Shown here: one piece after another, positions 26,590 to 40,049 of the stretch
Numbering within the stretch: position 1 is the first letter of the stretch
Layout of the letters: the number at the start of each line of letters is the position of its first letter
Assembly (NCBI RefSeq): GCF_004010195.1
Contig: NC_057719.1
Location: 37,500,704-37,564,703 of the forward strand
Direction: 5' to 3'
Length of the DNA stretch: 64,000 bases
Source: Chiloscyllium plagiosum
Taxonomy: Eukaryota
The notes under the pieces: generated by a model
What the model saw: only the letters and a program-made list of their open reading frames with translations
Databases searched by the model: none
What the model was told of the DNA's origin: nothing
Translations under genes and position numbers: made by a program

Positions 26590-26725
26590 ATAAAACAACG
26601 GACTACAGATGCTGGAGATCTAAAACAAACAAAAGCAGAAATTACTGGAGAAGCTCAGCAAGCCTGGCAGGATCAATGGAAAGAAAACAGTTTGCCTTTC
26701 GAGTCCAGTAACCCTTCTTCAGAAT
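26590..26725 (-). mobile_element. PLE terminus (family C) with degenerate hammerhead
   Basis: Minus CTGAAGA-A-GGGTT-ACTG-GACTC-GAAA followed by GATCTCCAGCATCTGTAG; relatives at ~5780-5895 and ~14810-14955. Confidence 0.65.
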
Positions 26726-26998
26726 TGAGTTATGGAAGTTTTCTGACGATACTCCATTTTTAAAAAAATTATTAATGAAAAAAATTGAAAAGGATATCAA
26801 ATAGGACACTTATTTCCTCTCAGTTTTATGGTTTTCTCAGACATATTTTCCCCATACTGCTATAACATGGAACTCACGCTTGATATTTTAGGGTGAAATG
26901 AGATTTCAACATTTTTCTTCTTGTGCTCTGATCTCTCAGGAATATATTTCCCCATTGAGATATTTCTTCAAACGATCAATGTCATCCTGGTCATTGTT

Positions 26999-27143
26999 AA
27001 AAATCACACAGCACCAGGTTATAGTCCAACAGGTTTAATTGGAAGCACACTAGCTTTTGGAGCGTCGCTGATGGACTATAACCTGGTGATGTGTGATTTT
27101 TAACTTTGTACACCCCAGTCCAACACCAGCTTCTCCAAATCAT
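26999..27143. mobile_element. Fold-back PLE terminus insertion (family B)
   Basis: GTTAAAAATCACAC..CCAGGTTATAGTCCA inverted against TGGACTATAACCTGG..GTGTGATTTTTAAC; 14-bp direct repeat TCCTGGTCATTGTT at 26985-26998 and 27144-27157. Confidence 0.88.
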
Positions 27144-27290
27144 TCCTGGTCATTGTTTTGCTTTTTGTTTTACTTTGGCAATTAGAAGTAGAGTTCTGAA
27201 GCATCAACATGAGTGAAACAAAGTGGGAGTAGAATTTCTGTGGCTGACCACTCTGTCTGCTGTAGTCAGTCTGATGGAAGACTGTCATAA

Positions 27291-27500
27291 GTTGAAACTT
27301 TATTGCTGGAACAGCACAGCAGGTCAGGCAGCATCCAGGGAACAGGAGATTCGACGTTTCGGGCACAGGCCCTTCTTCAGGAAGGGCCTGTGCCCGAAAC
27401 GTCGAATCTCCTGTTCCCTGGATGCTGCCTGACCTGCTGTGCTGTTCCAGCAATAAAGTTTCAACTTTGATCTCCAGCATCTGCAGACCTCACTTTCTCC
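27291..27500. mobile_element. Fold-back PLE terminus insertion (family A), perfect hairpin
   Basis: Perfect inverted arms 27289-27375 / 27381-27467; 16-bp direct repeat TGGAAGACTGTCATAA at 27275-27290 and 27501-27516. Confidence 0.92.
27348..27383 (-). ncRNA. Minimal type I hammerhead ribozyme motif, apparently intact (GUC site)
   Basis: Minus strand UUC-CUGAAGA-A-GGGC-CUGU-GCCC-GAAA-CGUC-GAA: core, stem II, palindromic ACGU stem III, stem I UUC:GAA. Confidence 0.75.
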
Positions 27501-29509
27501 TGGAAGACTGTCATAAACCCTGCCTACAGAAACAGCACAATAGCAATCAGGAGATCGATTGAAACTTTACAGAAAATTCTCTCTAATCTTTTCGGAAGTG
27601 TATGAATTTACAGGACCAAACAGATTTTGGAGCTCCAAAATATGAACCTTTGATACTTAGTCATTCGCTGCTACAATAAGGACTGCTCCCTTTGTCTTTC
27701 ACACCATTTTGAACCATTTGGTTCTTGCACATGTGTTTGCTGCATAACCTACTGACACATGTTGTAGATAAGACCTTGGATGCACCACAGAGCTGTGCAA
27801 TTAGATCTTCATTCAGTGCACTGAACTGTGACAAGCTGGCTGCTTCTCTTTATGAGCCAAAAAGCAACGTCAGCCAGAGGCTGAGTAATGAAGCTAAGAG
27901 TCCTGTGTAGACATAGGAGGAGTAAACCCCTGTACACGATCTGGTAGAAGGAAGCATTACTTGGGTGCGGAGTTCCAAAGTGAAATCCTGAAGAATTGAA
28001 ATGGCATGAATTAGTCCAACAGCAAGCATGATGATGTAACGAGGCTGGAGTTTGCCATTGCCAACCTGCTTGGAAGAAGGGTGAAGGAGGCCAGTGTCCA
28101 TGGAGCATGCAGGGAGGTTGTGAGCTGCTGCCACCAGGAATTTGTGGCATTTAGTTTCTGGTGGAGAGTCAGAAGCTGCAAAGAAATGAGGCACTAATAC
28201 TTGGAAATAAAGTGACTGCTGTATATGAGTAAGACCCTGAAACCCCCGATTAAACCTTAAGGGGAATATCAGAAATTTTTTACATGATTCTGGAATTCTG
28301 ATATTGCCATTTTTGTTATATTTTCCCACATTTCTTTCCGTTGCCCATGTTGGTCATTGAAAATTCCACCCAAAGTCTTTAAATCATTCTGGTCTCCTAT
28401 TGGTCTATGCACATGTTGTCATTGTTCTTGGGTTAATATTCCTTCTCCAGGGAGTTTTGTTGCTAAGATGAGTGTTGTTGCCATGGTAGCTATTGTTGCT
28501 GATCCATTGGTGAAGAAAGTAGGTCTCTGGGGCTAGTGGTCATCCTGTGCTCTGTAAAGGTAGTGAGATCACTTCCACTCCTGACACCATATTCCAAGTG
28601 CCATGTTTGATAGTCACCATAGGCTGTTCTCAAAGGCACTGGGTCAAGATCCTGGGATAGCCTCCCTAAGGACATTGTGGGAAAATGGGATGAGATTAAT
28701 TTATGATATCTAGTTGGCATGGATGAATTGGATCGAAGGGTCTGTTTCCATGCTGTATAATTTCTTGCAGCAGTTCAAGGCGGCAGCTCACCACCACCTT
28801 CTCAATGGCAACCAGGGATGGGCGATTAGTGCTGGCAACCCAACGATGCCCACACCCCACAAGTGAATAAATAACAAACTTATAGCAAAGGTGAAGTTCA
28901 TATGATTATGACAAGCCAGCAAATACATGAGGTGGAATTGTCTTGCATCAAACACAGCTTTCTGATGCAGCAAAGTGGCCATTGGCTACACTATGTGAGT
29001 GTTATCTACATATTGACTGTTGGCAGTTATCCAATCAAATAGTGGTTCCAGCTGAGCCTGATCGTGTGCTTGCTCACTGGTTACACATGCACTTCCAGCA
29101 GATCACCAATGACGAGCTGGAAATCTGGCTTATTTTCTTTTCATGAAAGTTAAAGCTCCCTGTAGTTAATCTACTATTGTTTCAGGTGTAATTAATGAAC
29201 TAGAAACTTAACGAGAAAATTTTCACTGCCTGTGTGATTCAGGCACTCAAAACATTTTCAATTATCTCAAAAATTCCTTTAGAAAACGTATTTTCCCTTA
29301 TCCAAGTGTTACTGAAATCAATTACTACCATACATGTAAAAACATGGAAGAATTTATATTTTAATCTGACGCCTTTCACAACATTATTCAGGATTTAATC
29401 ATTGCTGTGAGCAGGAAACCTATTAGCAACTTTGGACATAGCATACCTCGATAAAAGTATTTCCGCTCCTCAGGAAAAATACTCCTTACCTCAGAAAAGA
29501 TGTTATTGC

Positions 29510-29985
29510 CATACGATGAACACAACAAAGGTTCACCAGCCTCCTTCCTGGAATGGTGAGACTGTATTATGAAGAGAGATAGGGAGACTGGGCCAGTATT
29601 CTCTAGAGTTTTGAAAAATGAGAGGTGATCCCATTGAAACTTACAAAATACTTAAACGGATAGACAGGGTGAATGTAGGTAAGATGGTTCAGGAGTATAG
29701 AATCAGGGAACAAAATTTAAAAATAAAAGTAGGTTGCTGTTTAGGATCAAGATGAGGAAAAGCAGTTTTTACTCAGAGGGTGTGGAATTCTCTACCACAA
29801 AGGGCTATCTCAGTCTTTGAATATGTTTAAGAGAGAGATTAATAGATTTCTGATTACCAATGGATTATCAAGGGTTATGGGGATAGTGTAGGTCAAAGAT
29901 TGAAACATTCACACAATCTTGATCGTGTTAAATGGTGAAGCAAGTCAATGGGCTGAATGGCCTACCCTTTTTCCTATGTTCGTAA
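29510..29985 (+). mobile_element. Decayed CR1 3' fragment
   Basis: AGAGGTGATCCCATTGAAACTTACAAAATA, TTTTACTCAGAGGGT, CCTATGTTC tail. Confidence 0.8.
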
Positions 29986-30296
29986 ATGATCAAATTACCT
30001 GACTCATTGGTGTTAGGGAAGGTGTAATGTAGGTGATTTCAAGAAAAGGAATTTACTCTTCCACTTTTGTCTCCACACGAACAGGGGTTCAGATTGAAGG
30101 GTCACCTGAAAGATAGCAATTTTTTATTACGCTGGAGTTTCACCCTAATGCCTCTGGCTTATGGTTGCAGCCCAGAATCTTAATGTGAAAGTACTATGCA
30201 GAACCAAGAGAGTGAAAAAGTTTCAGGGGTCTCCACCAAGGTGAAGAATCTGGCTGTGGATTATCCGGTCAGTTTAACTTGATCCATTTAAAGTCA

Positions 30297-30500
30297 AAAT
30301 GTGTGGTGCTGGAAAAGCACAGCCAGTCAGGCATCCGAGGAGGAGGAGAGTTAACGTTTCGAGCAGAAGCTCTGATGAAGAGCTTAAGTGCGAAATACCA
30401 ACTCTCCGGCTCCTCGGATGCTGCCTGACCTGCTGTGCTTTTCCAGCACCACACATTTTGACTCTGATCTCCAGCATCTGCAGTCCTCACTTTCTCCTAA
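30297..30500. mobile_element. Fold-back PLE terminus insertion (family A), older
   Basis: Imperfect inverted arms; degenerate CTGATGA..GAAA at ~30372; 18-bp direct repeat TTGATCCATTTAAAGTCA at 30279-30296 and 30501-30518. Confidence 0.88.
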
Positions 30501-30660
30501 TTGATCCATTTAAAGTCAGGCAACTTAGCAGTAATGGCAATACCATTTATCAAGATAAATTAAACCACCAACAGGGTCACAAATTTCTCCAAAATTACAA
30601 CTTTACTTCCCTGAAATAGACCACAATGCTGGAGATGGCATGAAGAAAAATCTAAAATGG

Positions 30661-31477
30661 AGGCAGAATTTTGTGCTCTGACAGGCAGTGAGCTTAGAGG
30701 TGTTAAGGCCATTCAATTTGACAGTGTAATGTCACAGCCAAATCCTGCCACCCTTTCGCTTCCAGCAGAATGAGGATCAGAGTGGAATGGCGCATGATCA
30801 ACTGTCCTTCCCCACTGACAACTGAGTCCCTGATGTGTTCAGTTGATAACCATTTCACAGCTTCATTCCACCTCAGTTATTATCAACCAGCTTGTACCAG
30901 GACTGTCCCTATGCCAGATGCACTGTATAACTGGCTCTGGAAGGGTTATTACTGAGGAATGCCATAAGTATCACCCACTATAGAGAAGGTCAGGTGGCCT
31001 TGTGGGCAGTGCAGGTTAGATTCTCAGAGGAGTGTGACCTAACACCTGATCATCCTTGAAGTCTCTATAATGTCCATCACATCAATGTATACAGTAACTA
31101 GTTGTTAACATAAAATAAACTCTTGTTAACAAGAAGCTCTTCTAGTTAGACCCCTGGCCCTACTCTTCCTGTGATCTCCCCCTCCCCTCCCACACCCCCT
31201 AAATACTTAAAATCACTTACCTGTGGCCTAGGTCACTATTCTGGGATTCTAAGGTATTTTTCCAACAGCAGCCATAGTCTCCCCAAGATGCCACGAAGTG
31301 CAAGAACTGCCAGCCTGTTAGTCGAGGTGGGACTTCCATCCCCAGAGTTTTGTTTTCAGGGGAAGGCCCACCACTGGCTGCCCAGCTCAGCAGGCCTTCC
31401 CTAAACAAGGTATCACAGGTTTCATGTCAGTTCTGTGGTCAACACAAGACTCTTGAAACCACAACAATATTCTGCCC
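30661..31477. mobile_element. Possible non-autonomous TIR element (PIF/Harbinger-like MITE)
   Basis: Ends AGGCAGAATTTT ... AATATTCTGCCC are 10/12 inverted matches; no clear TSD. Confidence 0.4.
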
Positions 31478-33872
31478 AGGAAAGCCTGCTTGCATGAAAC
31501 AATCACTTGTGTTTAAGATGTGAAAGCAGCATTAAAAAGAATGTAATCTTTTATACATTTTTTAGAATATTTTTTTCACTTAGCCAAGTTATATCATCTG
31601 TTATTAACTGTTGTGTAAAAATAATTTGCCATATGTCTTAATTTTAAAAACAAACTGCACAAAACTGGAATTATTTCACAATAATTTGACAGAAAATTTA
31701 TGCTTTCCTGAAAGCTTTAAAATTAATAAAAGCAATCTGGTAACAATTGGAATTTGGACAGTGACTCAAGCCCACCAACAAATGGAATCCATTTACTCTT
31801 GCCCCCTTAAAAAACAAGCAGCAATACTGCACACAGTGCCATGATTCAATCAGTACAGTTATTACAAACATCATAGAAATTATTAATAGAAATATTCTCT
31901 AAATGTTAAACATTGATTCTCATTGGTGTAATAGAGTAACTAACCTGGCATATGTTGTCTTCTAATAATTAAAAGAATAGGAGGTATTTAGAAAAACCCA
32001 TTGACTGTACACGCAAGTGTCAGCTAGGATATACTGGCTTACACTTCAACAATAACCTACCCTAGACTGAAGAACTAAGCAGGATTAAGTAGTAACACCT
32101 GGACTTATTTCTGGAGCAGCAAGGTGATCAACTTAATTGATTCTTCTGGTATAAACTTCATGTTCATTGCACATAAGTCAGGTCCTGATGGAGCCAAATT
32201 CATGGAATTTGCAGGATTCTGCATTTTCTTTTGTCTGTGATTTGTTTTAAATAGTTGGTAACAATGAATAGCAAAGGAAGAATCAAAACATGTTCTGAGC
32301 ATAATCTCTTTTTAAGTTGTGGTATTAACAGCTCCCTGACGTCAGTAAGACCCAGCTTAAGAGGGCAACGATGAAAACTGTTCTTTAAATCAATTTTACA
32401 GTTTAACAGCTATAGTGAAGTGAATTGGTAAAATACAAACATCCTTTTGACCTTAAAAGGCAAAAAGCTTTATTTGTGGAATGATTCCATCATAAAATGT
32501 ACTCAGTGTAAATAGAGTAGTCACTAGACCACAGCTAATCATGCAAGCTGGTTTCTTGCCACATACTGTGCTTACTGCCTAACAAGGACTGCTCCTGCAA
32601 TCAGCAAGGTCAAGGCTTCTCATTGGAAAGGAATCAGACAAACAGAACAATGTACCATTATTTCAGAAAAGATTCTAGGAACTGAAACAAGACAGCATTG
32701 TCCATTAATTATCTTTGCAGACCCTGTTATCGTGCCAGTTGGTACAGCTGTTGCAATGCATCCACTTCTTTCAGTCCAAGCACTTTGTTGGTTGTGGCAC
32801 AAACAAAATAGGCACAATAAGAAACAGGTTTCCAGCCCCTCAATATTGTACTTCTATTCTTTGCACTGGCAAAGAATATTTACTTTAATGGCAACATTTT
32901 ATTCTCTTTAAATTTCTTCATTTCTTTAGTCTTTTAGGAAAATAGAAAGCTCGGTCCCTCAAGCCTGTTCTGCCGTTCAATCAGGTCAGACCTAACAAGG
33001 TTAAGTTACATGCATCAAGTGAACCCTGACTTTGGTTCCATAATTTACCTAAACAAAGTTTATCAAGATCAGATTTGAAATTTTCTATTGATCCAATCTT
33101 AACTACATTTATGGAAGAGGAGAGTTTTTAGGCTTCCGCTAAAAACCAGAGAGAACTGAACTGCTTCTATGATAAATGAGCTGGGTTTAAACTTGCATTA
33201 ATTATGTTAGTTAAGTTGCAAGCAACCCCTGTTTGGTGCAAAGGAAATGTGGATCTAGTTATTTCTGCAGTTGTTGGCCTTTGCTGAATACAATGTTTTC
33301 TTATCCATCTGATTGTAGGCTTGCCACCTTCAGGATGATCCCATTTTCTAGTATCTACATTTGACAGGTCCTACTCACAGTAAGGGAGAAAGCAGTAGTC
33401 AGTGAGACAGGACAGTGACATCGCATAGTGCTACATTTAGGTAGCTCTGAAACCTGCAGTAGTTTATGGTATCCAAGTGTTGTACAGTGAAGTCTCTCAT
33501 GACAGGCAGCAGGTTGAGAGGAATCCTGAGTCCTTTGACCTTCTGTCACCAGTAAACCCTCAATGCCTCAATGTTTATGGGTTTGTGTAGCCAACTAAAC
33601 TGCCCTGATACTCTTAAACATTTTATAGAAATGCATTTAACCTCAGAGAGGCAATGGTTTGTGCACCTTCTCTTAGCAGATGTCTGAGCAATGAGGGAGA
33701 GCGGACATGGGACTGTATACCTGCCATCCTCAGGTGACAGCGCACTCCCTTGAAAAGCTGACGGATAGAATGAAAGTTTGCTTCCAGAGATGAACGGAAT
33801 CATCACTGATTCCTTACTCTCAGCCACATGGTGGGTCTAAGTGTGAAATTGTGTGTGCAGGTCAGGTCCTAC

Positions 33873-34050
33873 TGTAGTAATTGTAATGAGGTCAGCTAGG
33901 TGATTGGGGCTGTTAATATAAACAGGAGCATCGAGTTTCTGTTCACTCTGATCCAGCTCCCTTAGAGTCAGCTCTCAGTGTCACGTACTATGGGTGTGCA
34001 CATAGAGGGTTACTTGGTAACAGGATATCAGGCTTTGGGGAGTTATTTCA
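33873..34050 (+). mobile_element. Short solo LTR (Gypsy-like)
   Basis: TG...CA ends (TGTAGTAAT...GTTATTTCA), TATAAA, flanked by CCTAC / CTTAC (5-bp TSD, one mismatch). Confidence 0.7.
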
Positions 34051-35379
34051 CTTACCATGATCCATGCACGTTGCTTATGGTCTCAGTGTTGTCCAAATTG
34101 GAGTACAGCACTTAGGCTGCAATCAGAATGGATCCAAAACATTAAACTCATTTGAAAAATGTTTCTGTATAGAAATGGGAAAATTCAACTCCTTATGTTA
34201 GTTTACATGACTTGGGGCCATGTATTTGGATTTTTAATTGGTGATCAAGACTCTGTAGTAACAGTTAACAATGCCAGTAAAATTTCCACAGAGGAGGCCA
34301 ACAGATGCAATAAGGCTAGATTACTGAATAAAGCAGCACCCTGAACCAAGCCATTGGAAATGTGAAGAGTCATTTTAAGTGCTTGGAAAAATCTGCTAGA
34401 GTGCAATGATGCAGTCCAGTCAGCAGTCGATGAATCATTTGTTGCACTTTGTTGCATTCATCAATGAAATTGCAATTAATATAAACTTGATGCTCAATTC
34501 AATGGAACAAAATAATGGCTGGTGATTCATTGTTGCAATGGAAATGAAAATGTATCCACATCAAGTCACAGAAACTATAACAAACAACTTCAAATTTGTT
34601 CACAAGATGTTTGACAATCCTCTCAGAAGCCATTTCTTAATTAAGCTTACAAATGGAAAGACATTTGGATGAAAAGATCTTTGTAAAACTTTCCATATAT
34701 TTAAGATCTCACATTGAATGATGATTCAGTAATTAGAAATGCTATGTTATGCCATAAAAAATGTAGTTACAGCTTTGCATTGGAGTTTGCCAATGTCCAA
34801 TTATTGCCATATTCCAACAAGCATTTTGATTTAGTAGTCCAGCATGCAGAGCAATTAAATTTATTTGTTTCCAGCCTAGTAATATATACATTTTAACATC
34901 AAACAGCCAATTCCAATCTTCAAAGCAACTTTTAACAAATACAAAGAGGGTCCACAGGGACAGACAATTCCCAACAGCAGCGTTGTGCAGCTCGTCACAT
35001 CGATCTATTGCTTTTGCAAGTTAAACTTCAGCCAGAAGTACATTTGACTGAAGCCAAAGTTTGTGTCATACTGATCCTAAAGTACTATTAAAATATTTTG
35101 GATAAATTCCCCATTTTGTTTTATTGAGTAAGATGACCAGCTTTAATCTCTGAAACATCAGGATGACAGCCAAGAGTGGGAAAAGTAACAGATAAATCTC
35201 CTGACTGATACCTGTTGGAGGAGTCACTGAACTATGCATTTTGGATTGGCTGAAAATTAAAAGTTAAAGTTTTTCTCATGGATTAAATGACCATTTGCAG
35301 CCATATTTTTGTTGTCACTCCACTCTCTCTCTGAAAAGTCCCATATATCCAAGAGTTGAGAAGAACAGTATGTCTGTTA

Positions 35380-35735
35380 AGAAATATAAAGAGTGAGGAG
35401 ATGTATTTTCCCTCTGGCAAGTCGTTGAAACAATTGATTTGAGGCAAAATTAGACAATTTTAGACAGCAAAGGGAGTTGAAAACTATGGGAAAAATTTGA
35501 CAGATGGAAGTATAAGGTGGAAAAACACTGACTTGTCTACTTTGGGAGGAAGGAAAGAAAAACAGTATACTATTTAGATTGAGAGAATGAAGAAGTCTGA
35601 TGTACAGAGGATCTGGGATGTGCTGGTACATGAATCATAAATTAGAATGCGGCTACAACAAGTGCTTAGGAAAGTAAATGGAATTTGCCATTTATTGCAA
35701 GGGAATTAGAATATAAAAGTAGAGAGGTTTTACTG
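35380..35735 (+). mobile_element. Highly decayed CR1 fragment
   Basis: GTACAGAGGATCTGGG..GAATTAGAATATAAAAGTAGAGAGGT corresponds to QRDLG..GIEYKSREV. Confidence 0.65.
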
Positions 35736-36477
35736 AGTCTGGGTTTGATTGAATAAGAAAATTAATTTATGTTCTATTTGATTATGGTTTCCCCTTGAGG
35801 GGGAATAGCCTCAAGACCTAGGTCAAAAGAAAGGCCACAGGTTTATCGTGTTATGACTCACACTAATGTAAACAGAAGCCAGCAAACTGAAAATGATTTC
35901 AAGTAAAAATGTTTTAACTTAAATCTAAGCTATATTTTAAAATGGTTAAATTTCATAATTTAAAGTATTGATAGCTTATGTATATTTTGTGGTTGTTTTG
36001 AGCTTTAACATATACTAGGCATCAACCACTGTTGTGGAGTTATACATAGTTCTGTTAGTTTGGAGTTTTCTAGAATACTTAGATGAATTAGTTACAGTAA
36101 TGCTAAATCTCTGGGAGGGTTGGCACTGTATACCCTAACCAGATGAATAAATTGTTCTTCAGGTGCCACCTTATTTTGGTAAAGCTGGTAAGCTAAGGAG
36201 GACAGGCTGTTACAAAATTGATTATCTTGTAAAGTAATTGGTATGACAAAGAATGAATCAGAAGGCAATAGGAAGTGGTGTCACTAAAATAACCATTACT
36301 TATAAAGAAACCAATGTGGAATGCAGCAACAATTGGAGGTTGATCATGTGCTGTTCATGTATTGGCAGGTCAGTTATATTTCAGAGTGGCTCTGATCGTA
36401 CACTGTGCTATTGGCTAACAAGCGGATTCTTAGTAGTTGAGTACAGAAGAAGGAAACATTGAGACCAGGAGAACTCA

Positions 36478-36810
36478 GGACAACACGGTCGTTAGCTCTG
36501 CTGCCTCATAGTGTGAGAGCCCTGGGTTCAATTCCAGCCTTGGGTGACTGTCTGTGCGGAGTTTTCATGTTCTCCCTGTGCCTGTGTGGGTTTTTGCTGG
36601 GCGCTTCTGTTTCCTTCCACAGTCCAGAGATGTGCGGATTTGATGGATTGACCATGCTAAATTGTAAGTAGTGATCAGGGATGTGCAGGCTAGGTGGATT
36701 AGCCATGGGAAAGGCAGGGCTGTTGGGGATAGGGTCTTTATAGGGTCAGTGCGGACTCAATGGCCAAATGGCTTCTTTCTGCACCATAGGGTTTCTATTA
36801 TTCTAATTTC
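36478..36810 (+). mobile_element. HE1-like SINE, diverged
   Basis: GGTTCAATTCC B box, V-SINE-like core, CR1-like tail. Confidence 0.82.
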
Positions 36811-39061
36811 AATCAACAGAAGAGAACAAGAAATGTGTGCCAGTCAAGCAGTGTTGTGATCTTGCATCCGACAATGACCACTTTTATTAAGTACCATTTA
36901 TTTTGTACTTTTTAAGATAAACTGACTAAATTCTGGAACGTGCATGAAGACATATTTGTACTTGGAATGAGCCTTCTGAATAATCAGGACAGATAAATTT
37001 TGAGATTGACAGTCTCAAATTCAATCTATAATTGTAATGAACTTCAATTGTTATGCTCCAAATCAAAGTGCACCCCAAAACCGTGCAGGACCAGCTGATG
37101 GAAGCTGTGCCAGCTGTAAGCCTTGACAGACAGAGGAAGCCAGGCCCATGTTGAGCCTCTAGTCACAGCTATAAGATACCTCCTCCACATGCAGTGGCAG
37201 GCAAAGATGCTAGAGGAAGGTAATGGAGGAGTGCTGGGAAGGTAATGGAGGAGTCCACTCAGGCCATCAGTTCTGCTATGTCTCAGATATGTGAACATTT
37301 GTGTTCCTCCTTCTCTTCAGTGGCTACCAGATGGGTACTCAGCGCTTCATGCCATCACTCTGGGCATGGTCAAGAATAGCAAGGTGCCCACTCCTCCACT
37401 AGTAATTAAGGAGGTGCCATTGCACATAGAGGGAGGAAAAGCATCTTCCTGCTTTTTCTGCAAACACCTCTCAGGATATTCCATGGCTAGAAGCCATTCT
37501 TTAACCTCCAATAACCCCAATACCTCCAGAAGTCACCGAGAAAGGAATCCCTTAGTATGCCCAGCCCTCTAGGCACTGGTTAACCCCAGAAACTTTGTGA
37601 TGGTCTCATAAGTACAACTGAACTGGAGGTAGGCAGCTGAGTGATGGCCCATCACCCATCATAATGATAATAGTGCTTTCTGGACTATTGTAAGGATGTG
37701 TACATTTTAAATATCACCCCTTTGATGCAATAACTCTCTCAAGTAAATAAAGGATTCAATTTTTTACTTTTGTGTTTGCCAGTGTTGGCAGAAACAGCTT
37801 CAGCGATGACAGGCCTGTACTTCAGAGATATATCTCATCAGTTATTTCATGTGGATACCTGTAAGGTTTTCGCCCCTGCAGCTTTGTATGTGTGGTTAAT
37901 GCAGTTACTCTACAAGGAGCAGGTTTAAATATTGCGTACATGGCCATGTTTCATTTGGACTTAATCTTATTGAAGCATTAATTAACTTAAATGATGATGA
38001 CAATGATTGTTATCTTGTATGGAGTATTACAAAGGGAGACAGATGGAAATGCTCATTAAATCTGTACCGAATGTAGCTGTCTGGGACCCTCACACAATAG
38101 TCCTGTTCAATTTTTTCATTAAAGTAGAATTACTGAACAATGTTGAATCCTAGGTTGGATGCTACAAAGTTTTTATTTGAATATTTCTTTCTTGCTTATA
38201 TCCTCCATTGGGACAGACTGACAAGATAACAGTATTGAGAGAGTACTGAACAATGTCAAGTTAAAAAGGTAATGCCATTCTGTCAGGATTAGTGAAATTT
38301 TGTGTGAAGCTATTATACTGAATTTGACAATGCCACAAATGATGGAAATTCCTTTGCCATAATGCATTTAACAATGTTTTAAACACCTGGCAAAATGCTT
38401 GGATGTAGTATTCTGTTCAAACAATTCAGTCTGTGACGGGCTCCTCCTCGGCAAAACAGTCACTTATTTGCAACTATAGCGGGATCTTCTGCTGCCAGAG
38501 ATGGTCAGCTTGGAGGCAAGAATGGCCCTTCATTAAGGAAGGTAGTGGCAGAACCAAATACTACCATCTTCTTGTCTCCAACAAAATCAAGTTCCTTCCA
38601 GCTGCACAGCCAATCAAAACCCTGATGTAGCGTATGAAAATGTATTGTAGGGCCTCAGCCTGTTAGCGCTAGAACTAACAGTTACCAGCTGGCTAATTCC
38701 TGTAAAGTCAGTGCTAACTGCCTAACTTGAGAGCAGCTTATCACCTGGTATTTGGTGGTGGAGGGGTGGTGGGTCGGGGGGTACTTTTTCAAACACCTTA
38801 TTAAAACAGACTGGAAACTTAACTGCTTCAAAAGATTCTGCTCCAGCTGTTCCCAAAAACCATGATCCTTTATGGACTTGCTGCCAACATGAGTGTAATT
38901 AGTTGTGTCAGCTACCTTGAATTCAGAGTTTAGAAGAAAATTGTCATGACCTGTCTGTTTCTTGGTCTGCTGGATTGGAATTTTTAAAATGTCCATGTGG
39001 AGGTGTTTGTTACTTTTGCTATTAGGATATTCGCTGAAATAAACAGACCTCCCAAACAATT

Positions 39062-39570
39062 AAACAGAAAAAGTTTATATTTATTTAGCTCCTTTCCAGA
39101 CCACAGGACTTCCCAAAGCCCTTTACAATCAGAAATACTTTTGAAGTGTTGCCACTGTTTAGAGTCATACAGGATGGAAACAGATCTTTCAGTCCAACTC
39201 ATCCACACAGACTAAGTTTTCCAAACTAAACAAGTCCCATTTGCCTGCACTTGGCCCATATCCCTCCAAATCTTTCCGATTCATGTACCTATCCAAATGG
39301 TTTTTTTAAATGTTGTAAATGTACCTGCATCTACCACTTCCTCTGGCAGTTCATTCCACATACAAGTTGTAGTATAAACAGACATTATGCACACAGTAAG
39401 TTTCCACAGACTACAATGTAATATAGACCAAATAATCTATTGTAATGATGTTTGTTGTGCAATCAATTACAGCCAGGGAGATTTATCCAACTCTAACTTT
39501 ATGGGATTTTTTTGTATCCACCTGAGAGGATTGCATATGCGTTGGTTCTGTCTCATCTGAAAAGGTATTT
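39062..39570 (-). mobile_element. DeuSINE-like remnant interrupted by a CR1 tail (39160-39365)
   Basis: TGGGATTTTTTTGTATCCACCTGAGAG..GTCTCATCTGAAA resembles the Deu-domain region of AmnSINE1/SacSINE1; related tails at ~51860-52020 and ~53060-53225. Confidence 0.55.
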
Positions 39571-40049
39571 AAGTGTAAAAATAAAAAGATAGCTACAAGT
39601 GAGGGAAATACAAACAGGTTTCAGGTGAAAGTTTATGCCTAAAATGCTCCTTCTATTCTCTTCATATTGCTGTGCTTTCACTATTCTCTGCTAATGTTAC
39701 AGATCTTCTTTGCATCGTTCACATTAAAATGGGGGAGACTCTAGTTTATAATGATAAGTGTATTATAATATGTAACACCCAATGTGTTCCTTTACTTCTC
39801 TTATAAATACAGCACTTTGGATGACCTGTCCCCTGAATGCCATGAGGTTGAGTCACTAGAAGTAATCTGAAGTTGATTATAACATTGTTGGAACAAATTT
39901 GTGGACAGAAAACCCAATCAACTTTTGGCTACACATTAGGAGCATTCAAAAAATGAAACCACTGTGATTTTCATTTTTGTTTCCACTTTTTGATAATTTA
40001 TATATAGAATTTGTTGAATTGCATCTACATTTACTAATTTCCAACTGTA

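Noticed and set aside
27850..28329. 159-aa minus-strand ORF
   Set aside because: No recognisable motif or convincing splice structure; region looks like decayed repeat
32320..32660. CRE (TGACGTCA), RUNX and GRE-like motifs
   Set aside because: GRE-like half-sites have the wrong spacing; no other support
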